This document shows, piece by piece, positions 8,066 through 18,079 of a DNA stretch of 31,607 bases (its first letter is position 1; each line of letters opens with the position of its first letter). The stretch is from assembly GCA_037442825.1 (NCBI GenBank), contig JBBIPN010000008.1, positions 1 through 31,607 on the forward strand, written 5' to 3'. This DNA is from Sulfurihydrogenibium sp. GTDB taxonomy: Bacteria > Aquificota > Aquificia > Aquificales > Hydrogenothermaceae. The position numbers and the translations under genes are program-made. Below the pieces are notes generated by a model. The model made no database searches and was not told the DNA's origin. It saw nothing but the letters and a program-made list of their open reading frames with translations.

Positions 8066-9382
8066 TTATAGATTTATATTTTTCCATGAACCTTTTTTAA
8101 AAATAATCCAAAGTATAAGCGCTTTTACATAAGTTTCTAAAAACATAGCAAAATAAACAAAAATAATATTTCCAAATAGTTTACCTAAAAAGTAAGCTGG
8201 AATAATCCTAAATATCCAAAGTGATAGCGTATTTACAAATAATGTAAGTTTTGTTGCCCCAGCACCTCTTAGCCCACCACTTAGTACAAAACTTATAGCT
8301 AATGGTACTTGGGTTAAACCAACTATCTTTAAGTACAATGAAGCTTCTTCAATAGTTTTTTCATCATTTGTAAAAATTAAAGCCATATACTCTGGAAATA
8401 AAACCATAAACATTCCCAATATTCCCATAAATGTTGAAGCTACTTTTATGGTTTCAATAGTATTTTTTTCTGCCTCTTCTGGTCTTTTTGCTCCCAAGCT
8501 TTGACCTACTAATGTCATTGCTGCTATTGTAAAACCAAATCCTGGCATAAATGCCAACCCTTCAATTCTTAAACCTATCTGATAACCTGCAAGTGTATAA
8601 AGTCCGAAATCTGCTATGATTTTTACAAATACCAAAAAAGATGTATATGTTATAACTCTTTCAAACCCTACAGGAATTCCTATTTTCAATATTTTTTTAA
8701 CTTCTGGTAAATCAAAAGATTTTATGAAATGAATTTTTGATTTTTTACTATTTATTTTTAATAAGTATAACAAAAAGCTAAAATAGTAGCTTATAGTAGT
8801 TGCAATTGCTGCCCCTTCTACACCTAAAGCAGGAAAACCAAATTTTCCAAATATAAGGATATAATCAAGAATCGTATTCACTATATTTGCTAATATTACT
8901 ATTTTTAATGGTGTTTTAGTATCTCCAGCTGCATTAAAAGTAGAGTATATAGCCATTTCTACAAATAAAACTGGAAAAGAGATGGAGATGATAGAAAAAT
9001 ATTTTTCTCCTAAGTTTATAACTTCTTCGGAGGAACCCATTATTATAAAAATGTACTTAGAAAGAAAAAATCCTAACAAAGTAAACGGAATGGATATAAA
9101 AAAAGCAAATATAGATATAGAAAATGAAACTTTTCCAGCTTTTTCATACTCTTTTGCTCCAAAATAACGGGAGATAACAGCAGAAGTTCCAACGCTAAAA
9201 GATGCCATAAATGCATATAGTAAACCTAAATACTGCATGGATATACCTACAGATGCAACTGCAGCAGGCGAAACTCTGCCAATCATAATCATATCTACAA
9301 TAACTTGAATCATATCTAAGAGATTACTAAATGCAGCAGGAATAGCTAAAGAAAGTATATTTTTTTTATATCTATTTAACAT
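8066..9382 (-). CDS. MATE family efflux transporter (NorM/DinF-like)
   Basis: About 12 TM helices; LAIP...DMIMIG, GDTKTP, FGFPALGVEGAAIAT, LVGQSLGA. Confidence 0.93.
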   Translation of the reverse strand: MLNRYKKNILSLAIPAAFSNLLDMIQVIVDMIMIGRVSPAAVASVGISMQYLGLLYAFMASFSVGTSAVISRYFGAKEYEKAGKVSFSISIFAFFISIPFTLLGFFLSKYIFIIMGSSEEVINLGEKYFSIISISFPVLFVEMAIYSTFNAAGDTKTPLKIVILANIVNTILDYILIFGKFGFPALGVEGAAIATTISYYFSFLLYLLKINSKKSKIHFIKSFDLPEVKKILKIGIPVGFERVITYTSFLVFVKIIADFGLYTLAGYQIGLRIEGLAFMPGFGFTIAAMTLVGQSLGAKRPEEAEKNTIETIKVASTFMGILGMFMVLFPEYMALIFTNDEKTIEEASLYLKIVGLTQVPLAISFVLSGGLRGAGATKLTLFVNTLSLWIFRIIPAYFLGKLFGNIIFVYFAMFLETYVKALILWIIFKKGSWKNINL

Positions 9383-9921
9383 CTTTTTATTGCTACTAAA
9401 GAAGCTTTAAAAGCTTTTTCATCTTTACATGTTATAACTTCTTTTTCTTGGTAAAAGATTATTTCAAAGGAAATAAACGAATGTAAAAGCTCATTTTTTC
9501 TAAGTAAAAAATCTTTGTTTTTTGATGGTGAACCTTCAAGAAATGTTTCAAATATCAGTACACCATCTTTTTTCAAAGCTTCTTTTATATATGGGAATAA
9601 ATTTCTTTCAAGGAAGTTGATATTTACAATCAAATTATAACTATCAGCCTGTGGTCTGTATGTTTTTAAGTCAGTTTGGATAGGACTGATGTTTTTATGT
9701 AGTTTTTTTAGTTTTTCTATAGCAATATCAGATATATCTATAGCATCTACTAAAAAACCTTTTTCAGCCAAAAATAAGCTATTTCTACCAAATCCAGCAG
9801 CTAAATCTAATGCTTTCCCAACCTTGGTAATATGGTAGTAGTTTAAAAGAATTTCTGAAGGTTTTGTTTCTCCTAAAAATCCTTCACTATATTTTTTATT
9901 CCACCTTTCTCTATCGTCCAT
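9376..9921 (-). CDS. Class I SAM-dependent methyltransferase (TehB-like)
   Basis: WNKKY N-terminus; KALDLAAGFGRNSLFLA motif I; DAIDIS; LKKDGVLIFETF. Confidence 0.85.
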   Translation of the reverse strand: MDDRERWNKKYSEGFLGETKPSEILLNYYHITKVGKALDLAAGFGRNSLFLAEKGFLVDAIDISDIAIEKLKKLHKNISPIQTDLKTYRPQADSYNLIVNINFLERNLFPYIKEALKKDGVLIFETFLEGSPSKNKDFLLRKNELLHSFISFEIIFYQEKEVITCKDEKAFKASLVAIKRC

Positions 9922-10440
9922 TTATGTCTCTGTATACCTCTTAATAATCTCATCATATTTTCCCTGAAATTTTAACACCAGATCAATGACTTCCCTCACT
10001 GCACCATTTCCGCCTTCTTTTTCTGTTATATATACAGTAAATTTTTTAACATCTTCAGGTGCAGATGGAACAGTAACAGGAAAACCTACTCTTTTTAAAA
10101 TAGGTATATCTACGATATCATCACCTATATATAAAATTTCTTCATCATTAATGTTATATTTTGACTTAAGTTGATTGTAATGAACCAATTTATTTGATGA
10201 ATTTTGAAAAACTTCTGTTATATTGAGTTCTAAAGCTCTTTTTTCAACTATTTCTGAATATCTTCCAGTGATTATGGCCGTTTTTATTCCGGCTAAATTT
10301 AACAAATAGATACCTATACCATCTTTTACAGAAAAATTTTTTATCTCTTTACCTTCAGAATCATATATTATCTTACCATCTGTTAATACACCATCAACAT
10401 CAAAGATAAACCACTTTATCTTCTTAGCTTTTTCTAACAA
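9922..10440 (-). CDS. kdsC: KDO 8-phosphate phosphatase (HAD)
   Basis: FDVDGVLTDG, AIITGR, YIGDDIVD, GGNGAVRE; TTG start with GAGG SD. Confidence 0.93.
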   Translation of the reverse strand: MLEKAKKIKWFIFDVDGVLTDGKIIYDSEGKEIKNFSVKDGIGIYLLNLAGIKTAIITGRYSEIVEKRALELNITEVFQNSSNKLVHYNQLKSKYNINDEEILYIGDDIVDIPILKRVGFPVTVPSAPEDVKKFTVYITEKEGGNGAVREVIDLVLKFQGKYDEIIKRYTET

Positions 10441-10467
10441 AAATAACCTCTAAATTTTTTGAAAAAA

Positions 10468-10875
10468 TTATACACCAAAATTAGATAAATACATTGCAGT
10501 AACTGTATCCATTGTCATTACATGGTTTATAATCCATGGTTTAAAGTTATTTTCAAGGTAATCCTTAACAGCTTCTATATTGTTTTTTTCTTTTAAGAGT
10601 TTTTCTAAAGATTTTAACTCGTATAAAACCCTGTCATGTTCTCCCCTATGGATAGGATAAGCAAAAAAGTTATACTTTTCCATTAAACTTTGCTCAAAAG
10701 AAAAATGGCTTTCAACATCTTTTAAAAATTCGTCAAATAAAGCTATTATTGTTTCTAAATCTCCATTGTCTAAAATTTTTTGATACAGTTCATTTACAAT
10801 TTTAATCTCTTCACTATGGATTTCATTCATTTTATTTACAGCAACCTTGGGTATTTCTTTTTCTATTAATAACAT
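10468..10875 (-). CDS. Single-domain bacteriohemerythrin
   Basis: MNEIH, HFSFEQ, H-RGE-H, HVMTMD di-iron ligand pattern. Start at ATG 10875 (GGAGGT SD) rather than 10890. Confidence 0.9.
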   Translation of the reverse strand: MLLIEKEIPKVAVNKMNEIHSEEIKIVNELYQKILDNGDLETIIALFDEFLKDVESHFSFEQSLMEKYNFFAYPIHRGEHDRVLYELKSLEKLLKEKNNIEAVKDYLENNFKPWIINHVMTMDTVTAMYLSNFGV

Positions 10876-10935
10876 TTTTCTTACCTCCATTTTAAGATTT
10901 AAAGATAAACTTATCTTAAAATAAGAAATTTAAAA

Positions 10936-10949
10936 ATGATTTAAATCAA
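10936..10949. promoter_or_regulatory. Putative CRP/FNR-family site (minus strand TTGAT-TTAA-ATCAT)
   Basis: 9/10 match to TTGAT-N4-ATCAA, about 60 bp upstream of the hemerythrin start, overlapping the cusA stop. Confidence 0.55.
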
Positions 10950-13900
10950 GATTTCTTAAATATTGAGTAGATAGCTGGAATTAAAATTAATGATGTTATA
11001 AAGCTTGTAATTACACCACCAAGCATTGGAATAGCTATTTTTGATAGTATCTCAGAACCTGTACCTTTTAAAAATACAGCAGGTAATAGTCCAACAACGA
11101 TAGTAATCATTGTCATAGCTTTGGGTCTTATTCTTTTTACTGCTCCATCGTAAATCTCTTTCCCTTCTTCCAATGCTTTAACGATATAAACAATCATAAT
11201 TATTCCCATCTCTGCTGCAATACCTAAGAGTGCTAAAAATCCAGCTATTGATGCTAAAGAGAGTTTTAAATCTAAAATATACATCAATGATAATCCACCA
11301 AGAATAGATGAAGGAAGTGTAAAAATTACTAAAAACGTTTCAAATATTTTAGAAAGGCTGAGGTAAACTAATATAAATATTGAAATTAAAACAATAGGAA
11401 CAATTATTTTTAAATCGTTTATTGCATTTTGCCAATATTCCCATTGACCACTCCATTGATAATAGTATCCATGTGGTAAATGAACTTTTTCTTCAATGAT
11501 CTTATTACTTTTTTCAACGATTTTCCCAATATCTGCATCTAATTTTGGTGTTATATAAACATAACTTACAAGTAAACCATTTTCTGATTTTATCTCCATA
11601 GGATTTTCTATTCTTTTAATCTCAGCAACTGCATTTAGTGGTATAAGTTTGTCTTTTATAGGTATTGTTAAACTTTCCAAATCGTTTCTGTAATCTAAAG
11701 GTATACTAAGTGTTATACTGTATCTTTCTCTTTCTTTAAAAAACTTAGAAATCTGACTGTTTGCAAAAAGTATACTAAATGTATCGGTTAAATCTTCCAA
11801 CCTTAATCCATAAAGAGCTAATTTTTCTCTATCTGGAATGATTTGAATATAAGTAGCACCTGTTATCCTCTCTCCATATACACTCATAATACCTTCTACA
11901 CTTTTTAATGCAGATTCTATCTCGATAGACACTTTTGATAGTTTTGATAGATTATCTCCATATATTTTTATACCTAAAGGTGTTCTTATTCCTGTTGTTA
12001 TCATATCTATTCTTCCTTTAATAGGCATTGTCCAGCTATTTACTATACCTGGCATTTGAAGTTTCTTATCTAACTCTGATATGATTTTTTCATATGTCAT
12101 ACCTTTACGCCATTGGCTTTCTGGTTTTAAAGTGATGATAGTTTCTATCATTGACAATGGTGCTGGATCTGTAGGTGTATAAGCTCTTCCAACTTTTCCA
12201 AAAACTATTTCAACTTCTGGTAGAGATTTTATAATCTTATTTTGAATTGTAAGAATCTTTTGGGCTTCTTGTATAGATATTCCAGGTACAGTTGTAGGCA
12301 TATACATAATGGTTCCTTCTTTTAAATCAGGCATGAATTCTCTACCAATATTTTTAAAAAGCCATAAAGATAAAGGTATTGAAAATATTGCAATTGCTAA
12401 AATAAAATATCTAAACTTTATTGAGATATGAAATAGAGGTGTGTAAATCTTTATAAGTGTGTTAACTAATTTATTTTCTTTTTCTGGTAAAATTTTACCT
12501 CTTCCAAAATAATATAAAAAGACGGGAAAGATTGTTATTGTTAATATAGCAGCTATAAATATTGCATAAGTTTTAGTTATAACTAAAGGTCCAAAAAGTT
12601 TTCCTGCTTGTCCTTTTAAAGCAAGCATAGGTAAAAAAGAAATTCCAACAATTAAAAGGGCTAAAAATATAGGTCTACCAACATCTTCTATTGTTTCAAC
12701 TATTGCTGTTTTTAAATCTTTTCCTTCTTCTCTTTTCCTTGAATAAATTTCTCCAAGTACTATACAAGTATCAACCATTGTCCCAATTGCTATTGCAATA
12801 CCACCTAAGGACATAATGTTTGATACTGTTCCAGAAAGTTTCATAACTATAAATGTTAAAAGTAAGGATAAGACTAAAAATATAACTATAGATAAGCTTA
12901 ATCCTATACTATAAAGAAATATACCAACAACTACAATAACGATAAAGGACTCTTCTATTAAAACTTTCCATAAATGGTTAATAGCTCTATCTATTAAATC
13001 TGACCTATCATAAGTGATAATAATCTCTACATCTTGCGGTAAACCTTTTTTAATATCTAAAAGTTTTGATTTTATTTTTTCTATAGTTGATTTTGGATTT
13101 GTTCCGTATCTTAAAATAACTATACCACCTACTGTATTACCTAATCCATTTAAATCAGCAGTTCCCATTCTCAAAGCAGGAACTTCTTTTACTTGAGCTA
13201 TATCTTTAATTTTTATTGGAACTCCGTTTATTTCTTTTATAACAGTGTTTTCTATATCTTCTTTATCTTCAACATAACCTTTTAAAGTAATTAAATATTC
13301 TCTACTATTTATTTCTATATACTTTCCACCTGCCTCTTCATTAGTTCCTTTTATACTTTTTGCTATATCTTCTAATGAGATTTTAGAGATGTATAGGTTT
13401 TGAGGTTTTATAAATACTCTATATTCTTTTTCAAAACCACCAACAGAAGCTACTTCTGCAACATTTTCTACAGAAAGTAAAGCATACTTTATATAGAAGT
13501 TTTGTAAAGTCCATAGGTCATCTAAACTTTTTGTTTTAGAAAGTAAAGCATACTGAAAAACCCAGCCAACACCTGTAGCGTCTGGTCCAAGTTCTATTTT
13601 TGCTTGGGAAGGCAACGAATTGCTTATCGAAGCTAATTTTTCTAATATCCTTGACCTTCCCCAGTATATATCTGTTCCATCTTCAAAAATAACATAAACT
13701 AAAGAATAGTTTGGGAAAGAATAACCTCTTACAGATTTTACCTTTGGAAGTCCAAGCATATTTGATACTAATGGATATGTAATCTGGTCTTCAATTACAG
13801 AAGGAACCTGACCATTCCATTGGGAATAGATTATAACTTGTGTATCACTTAAATCTGGTATAGCATCAACAGGTAAATTTTTTATGGAGTAGATACCATA

Positions 13901-13972
13901 AATAAAGATTATAAAAGTAGATAGAATTATAACTATTCTAAAGTTTAAAAGCTTTTCTACAAAAAACTTCAT
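10946..13972 (-). CDS. cusA: CusA-type heavy-metal RND efflux transporter (Cu/Ag)
   Basis: DAIPDLSDTQVII, GPDATGVGWVFQY, NIMSLGGIAIAIGTMVD, KRIRPKAMT. Met triad equivalents YMP, PLSMIET and RIDMITTG are conserved. Confidence 0.93.
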   Translation of the reverse strand: MKFFVEKLLNFRIVIILSTFIIFIYGIYSIKNLPVDAIPDLSDTQVIIYSQWNGQVPSVIEDQITYPLVSNMLGLPKVKSVRGYSFPNYSLVYVIFEDGTDIYWGRSRILEKLASISNSLPSQAKIELGPDATGVGWVFQYALLSKTKSLDDLWTLQNFYIKYALLSVENVAEVASVGGFEKEYRVFIKPQNLYISKISLEDIAKSIKGTNEEAGGKYIEINSREYLITLKGYVEDKEDIENTVIKEINGVPIKIKDIAQVKEVPALRMGTADLNGLGNTVGGIVILRYGTNPKSTIEKIKSKLLDIKKGLPQDVEIIITYDRSDLIDRAINHLWKVLIEESFIVIVVVGIFLYSIGLSLSIVIFLVLSLLLTFIVMKLSGTVSNIMSLGGIAIAIGTMVDTCIVLGEIYSRKREEGKDLKTAIVETIEDVGRPIFLALLIVGISFLPMLALKGQAGKLFGPLVITKTYAIFIAAILTITIFPVFLYYFGRGKILPEKENKLVNTLIKIYTPLFHISIKFRYFILAIAIFSIPLSLWLFKNIGREFMPDLKEGTIMYMPTTVPGISIQEAQKILTIQNKIIKSLPEVEIVFGKVGRAYTPTDPAPLSMIETIITLKPESQWRKGMTYEKIISELDKKLQMPGIVNSWTMPIKGRIDMITTGIRTPLGIKIYGDNLSKLSKVSIEIESALKSVEGIMSVYGERITGATYIQIIPDREKLALYGLRLEDLTDTFSILFANSQISKFFKERERYSITLSIPLDYRNDLESLTIPIKDKLIPLNAVAEIKRIENPMEIKSENGLLVSYVYITPKLDADIGKIVEKSNKIIEEKVHLPHGYYYQWSGQWEYWQNAINDLKIIVPIVLISIFILVYLSLSKIFETFLVIFTLPSSILGGLSLMYILDLKLSLASIAGFLALLGIAAEMGIIMIVYIVKALEEGKEIYDGAVKRIRPKAMTMITIVVGLLPAVFLKGTGSEILSKIAIPMLGGVITSFITSLILIPAIYSIFKKS

Positions 13973-14406
13973 TAATGGATATGACCCATATCTAAATGTT
14001 CTAAAAATTCAAGGTTTATATTTTTAAACTCATAAACTTTATTTTTACCAGCAAATTTGATTGCATCAAGTTTATTACTAAATGGTGCTAAATCCTTTCC
14101 CATAGGTCCATCATTTATAACAACATAGTATGCTTTTCTTCCATCAATCCATTTACCAGTTTTATAATCTTTTACCCAAATCTCTGCTACTTTTTCTTTA
14201 TTATTGAGATAGTAAGCAATTATATGTTTTCCAGATTCTGAAAATTTGTATCTACTATCTTTTAGTTTTACTTGACTTGTGAATTTTGGATCAGTGTTTA
14301 CATCCATTCCACATATAACACATCGTTCTCCTTTTTGTGGTTCTATCGGTTGTGAAAATGAATAACTGAAAAATAACATTAAAACAGCTAAAAATGTTCT
14401 AAACAT
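13972..14406 (-). CDS. NosL-family periplasmic copper-binding protein
   Basis: Signal peptide; RCVICGMDV (CxxCGM), WVKDY...WIDG..AYYV...GPMG...PF.....A..F; His/Met tail EHLDMGHIH. Confidence 0.82.
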   Translation of the reverse strand: MFRTFLAVLMLFFSYSFSQPIEPQKGERCVICGMDVNTDPKFTSQVKLKDSRYKFSESGKHIIAYYLNNKEKVAEIWVKDYKTGKWIDGRKAYYVVINDGPMGKDLAPFSNKLDAIKFAGKNKVYEFKNINLEFLEHLDMGHIH

Positions 14407-14445
14407 TGTTAAACCTCCTATATTTAATGATGAAGATGTTCCGTA

Positions 14446-15777
14446 TTATTCATAATTTCCATAGATTCCTTTTATTTGAGCTTCTGCATCAAGTAAGAAT
14501 GCTCCTTTAACAACTACTTCTTCACCTTCTTTTAATCCATCTAAAACTTGATAATGACCTTGTGATTTTTTACCAAGTTTTACTACTCTTGGTTGAAAAA
14601 TACCATCCCCATTTTTAACAAAAACAACCTGCCTTTTCCCTGTATCAACAACAGCATCTTCTGGAACAATTAAACATTCCTCTAAAGAATTTTCAAACAT
14701 AACATCTACAACCTGGTTTATTTTTAGATTTTTACTTTTTACTTTTATCCTTACTTTAGCAGTTTTTGATTCTTTATCAGCTATAGGAAAAATATAATCT
14801 ACGATTCCATCTATCATGTTATCATCACCAACTGGCGTTATAACTACTCTATGACCTCTTTCAACGTAGTTTATTAGATTTTGAGGAACTTCTGCTATTA
14901 TCCATAAAAAATTTGTGTTTGCTATAGTGTACGCAACATCTCCAGCTTTTAAATAACTGCCATGGTTAATTCTTTTTTCAATTATTATTCCTTCTACAGG
15001 TGAATGTACAATTTCCCCAGTTTTAAGATAGTTTAGTTTTTCTTTTGATAGTTTTTCTAAATCTTTATCTATCTCTTTAGATAGTTTTAGTTCTTCTTCT
15101 GCTATTTTAACGTCAGGACTTAAAATTTTTATTAAAGGTGTTCCTTTCTTTATATATTCACCTTCAAATCTTGAGAATGTATCTAAGACCCAAGAATCTG
15201 TTCTGATTGTAACATGATACAATTTTGATAAATCATATGATACATAACCTACCGTTGAAAAAGTATCTGATAAACTATCTTTTACAACTTTCTGAGTTTG
15301 AATACCTAGTATCTGAAGTTTATCTTTATCTACTTCTATATTGTTTTTTTCCATATATGTATGTTTTTTGTTTACTTCAAAGGGGATAGAAACATCTGTT
15401 TTTAATATATTCCCATTTACTTGTGCAATAATCTGCCAAGATCCTGCCATACTTATATTTATCTTTGCTTTATAGGTACTGTTAGAAATTTCGTTTATAG
15501 TTGCATCTTCTCTCATTTCTCCCATTCCAGGCATAGGTGGCATATACATGTATAAACTTTCCAAACTACCACCTTCAACTTTTATAATAATCTCATTCTC
15601 TCCCACGTCTAACTTTTTATTTGGAGAGAAGATATATGTTTTTATGTTTTTATCTGAAATTGTTACTAAAGGCTTTTCAATTTCTTCTGTTGTTTTTTTA
15701 GAAAAAAGTTCTATATTGAAAAATACAAGCGATAAAACTAAAATAAATAAACCAATAATAGCTATATACTTTTTCAT
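14446..15777 (-). CDS. cusB: CusB-type RND membrane fusion protein with an N-terminal YtkA/FixH-like Met-rich domain
   Basis: N-terminal anchor; MYMPPMPGMGEM...YKAKINISMAGSWQI; MFP core SPVEGII, YIFP...T.KVRI, VPEDAVVDTG, GLKEGEEVV. Confidence 0.88.
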   Translation of the reverse strand: MKKYIAIIGLFILVLSLVFFNIELFSKKTTEEIEKPLVTISDKNIKTYIFSPNKKLDVGENEIIIKVEGGSLESLYMYMPPMPGMGEMREDATINEISNSTYKAKINISMAGSWQIIAQVNGNILKTDVSIPFEVNKKHTYMEKNNIEVDKDKLQILGIQTQKVVKDSLSDTFSTVGYVSYDLSKLYHVTIRTDSWVLDTFSRFEGEYIKKGTPLIKILSPDVKIAEEELKLSKEIDKDLEKLSKEKLNYLKTGEIVHSPVEGIIIEKRINHGSYLKAGDVAYTIANTNFLWIIAEVPQNLINYVERGHRVVITPVGDDNMIDGIVDYIFPIADKESKTAKVRIKVKSKNLKINQVVDVMFENSLEECLIVPEDAVVDTGKRQVVFVKNGDGIFQPRVVKLGKKSQGHYQVLDGLKEGEEVVVKGAFLLDAEAQIKGIYGNYE

Positions 15778-16952
15778 AGTATTGATTCCAACTCCACATA
15801 AGATTTTATCAATGAAAGTTCATAATCAACTTTAAAAAGCTTTACTTCCCAAATATCTTTATAAATATTTACTATATCTTTAAACTCAGACTTTCCGTAT
15901 TTATAGTTTAGTTCAACACTTTTAACTTCATTCTCTTTATTCTTTAATATTTCATCTGTTAATTTTAACAACTGTTTTGTTGTGTTAATGTTATTTCTCA
16001 ATTGATTTACTTTCTTTTCTATTTCTAAGTATAACCTATCTATTTCTTTTTCCTTTTCTCTAATATTTTCTTGACTTTCTAAAACTAATAAATCTTCTTT
16101 TGTTTTTTTCCATATTGGTATATTTATCCCTACTTTTAAACTAAATAGATTGTTTCTTGCAGGTCTAAGCATGTAGTCAACCATAAATTCTATATCAGGT
16201 AAATATTCTAAAGCTGTTTTTCTTTTTACATTTTCTAAAGTTTCTTTTTCTTTTATTAACTTTTCTAAATATGGACTTTTTGAAAAATCATATCTTTCTT
16301 CAAACTGATATTTTATATCTTCTTGTTTAAGTTTTACTTTTTCACCTACTAAGCTAAATATATCTTCTTCAATGTTTTTTCTTTCATTGTACAAGCTAAC
16401 TAAATCTTTTTGTATATTGATGTACTCTGTTTTAAGAGATAGTATATCAGAGAGGTTTGCTTTACCATATTTGTAGTTGTTTTCTGCAAAAGCTATTAAA
16501 CTCTCTAAATTTTTTAGAATACTTTTTAAAATTTCTTCTTTTTTAAATGTAAATATCCATTGATAGTAGTTTGTTTTTATATCTCTGATAATTTCCCTTT
16601 TTAAGATTTCAAGATCTGTTTCGCTTACCTTTGATTTACTTTTATATATGCTACTTTCAAGTTCTCTTTTGAATGGAAAAGTATATTTTTGAGAGAATCC
16701 TACTAAAAAACTACTCATTGGTTCTTGTTCTGTAATAAAAAGTTTAGAAGTAGGTATATTACTTAGTCCAAAATAAAAGGTTGGATTTGGTAAACTTTTT
16801 GAATAATTTTCTTTTAGTGAGTATATTTTTATTCTATGGTTAAACTGTTTTATCTTCGGAGAATTTTTTAAAGATAAATCTATAAGATTTTCCAACTCAT
16901 ATGGGAAAGAAAAGTTTATAAGTAAAAATATAAAAATAAAAATTTTTTTCAT
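15774..16952 (-). CDS. TolC/CusC-family outer membrane efflux protein
   Basis: Signal peptide, LPNP/LPD repeat halves, coiled coils, two NYKYGK repeats; first gene of the RND operon. Confidence 0.85.
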   Translation of the reverse strand: MKKIFIFIFLLINFSFPYELENLIDLSLKNSPKIKQFNHRIKIYSLKENYSKSLPNPTFYFGLSNIPTSKLFITEQEPMSSFLVGFSQKYTFPFKRELESSIYKSKSKVSETDLEILKREIIRDIKTNYYQWIFTFKKEEILKSILKNLESLIAFAENNYKYGKANLSDILSLKTEYINIQKDLVSLYNERKNIEEDIFSLVGEKVKLKQEDIKYQFEERYDFSKSPYLEKLIKEKETLENVKRKTALEYLPDIEFMVDYMLRPARNNLFSLKVGINIPIWKKTKEDLLVLESQENIREKEKEIDRLYLEIEKKVNQLRNNINTTKQLLKLTDEILKNKENEVKSVELNYKYGKSEFKDIVNIYKDIWEVKLFKVDYELSLIKSYVELESIL

Positions 16953-17072
16953 TTATTTCCTCTATCCATAAAAGTTACTGATTTTTGTCTATTTTTCTAT
17001 ATCTTTCAAAAATATATATAGCTAATGTAAATTGTTATTAAATAAAATGTAAATATAAAGATGAATGTAGAA

Positions 17073-17086
17073 ATGATTAAAATCAT
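17073..17086. promoter_or_regulatory. Putative CRP/FNR-family site ATGAT-TAAA-ATCAT in the cus/nuo divergent region
   Basis: Perfect 5-4-5 inverted repeat matching the boxes at 254 and 10936. Confidence 0.5.
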
Positions 17087-17119
17087 ACTTAAAAGAAAAT
17101 AAAACTACGTTATAAAATA

Positions 17120-17148
17120 TTGCAATCTTTTTAATTTTAGGTTATTCT
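17120..17148 (+). promoter_or_regulatory. Putative sigma70 promoter of the nuo operon (TTGCAA-17-TATTCT)
   Basis: Canonical 17-bp spacing; AAGGAGG SD follows before nuoA. Confidence 0.55.
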
Positions 17149-17177
17149 AATTTTATAGCTTTAAAGGAGGATAGTAT

Positions 17178-17549
17178 ATGGCAACAGGATATTTCGGACT
17201 TGTGATATTTTTCGTATTGGCTGCAGTTATAGGTGTTGCACTTCTTGTAATAAATAGATTACTTGCACCAAAAACACCAGAACCTTTCGAAGGCTATCCT
17301 TATGAGTGTGGAGTCCCTTTATACGATAAAACTACTTGGACAACTATAGACCAAAAATATTACCTTTTAGGTTTACTATTGGTACTATTTGACTTAGAGT
17401 CAGCTTTTGTATTCCCTTGGGCATTAATATTTAAAGAGGTTGCACAAGTTGCACCTGGATTTATCTTTACAGAGATGTTTTTATTTTTATTTATTTTAAT
17501 CCTTGGATATTTATATGCTTGGAAAAAAGGAGCGCTAAAATGGCAATAA
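17178..17549 (+). CDS. nuoA: NADH-quinone oxidoreductase subunit A
   Basis: [24 protein letters not shown]. Confidence 0.96.
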   Translation: MATGYFGLVIFFVLAAVIGVALLVINRLLAPKTPEPFEGYPYECGVPLYDKTTWTTIDQKYYLLGLLLVLFDLESAFVFPWALIFKEVAQVAPGFIFTEMFLFLFILILGYLYAWKKGALKWQ

Positions 17550-18055
17550 CAAATAGTGGAATAATTTTAACAACAGTTGAAGAAGTTTTAAGTTGGGGTA
17601 GAAGAAACTCTCTTTGGCCTGTTTCTGTTGGCTTAGCTTGTTGTGCTATTGAAATGATGCATACAGCTGCTTCAAGGTTTGATACTGACAGGCTTGGAAT
17701 TATATTTAGAGGTTCTCCAAGACAATCAGATGTACTTATAGTTGCTGGGACTGTGGTAAACAAAGTTGCACCTATGTTAAGGTTGATATATGAGCAGATG
17801 CCAGACCCAAAATGGGTTATATCAATGGGTGGTTGTGCTTCTGCAGGTGGTCCTTTCCCAACTTACTCTACATTACAAGGTGTAGATAGGATTATACCTG
17901 TTGATGTTTATATTCCAGGATGTCCACCAACGCCACAAGCTTTACTTTGGGGTATTTTAGAACTCCAGAAAAAGATAAAAGCAAAAAAAGAAGGTAAAGA
18001 GTTTAAAGAGATACCTATTAAGATGCCGCAAGAATCAAGACCGTTAGTTAAGTAA
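17540..18055 (+). CDS. nuoB: NADH-quinone oxidoreductase subunit B
   Basis: [34 protein letters not shown] at 17540 with AAGGAG SD. Confidence 0.96.
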   Translation: MAITNSGIILTTVEEVLSWGRRNSLWPVSVGLACCAIEMMHTAASRFDTDRLGIIFRGSPRQSDVLIVAGTVVNKVAPMLRLIYEQMPDPKWVISMGGCASAGGPFPTYSTLQGVDRIIPVDVYIPGCPPTPQALLWGILELQKKIKAKKEGKEFKEIPIKMPQESRPLVK

Positions 18056-18079
18056 TATATAAGATTAAGAGGAATAATC

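Noticed and set aside
13972..14406. Evidence of a denitrification (nos) cluster
   Set aside because: No nosZ/D/F/Y/R in the window; the gene is embedded in the cus operon.
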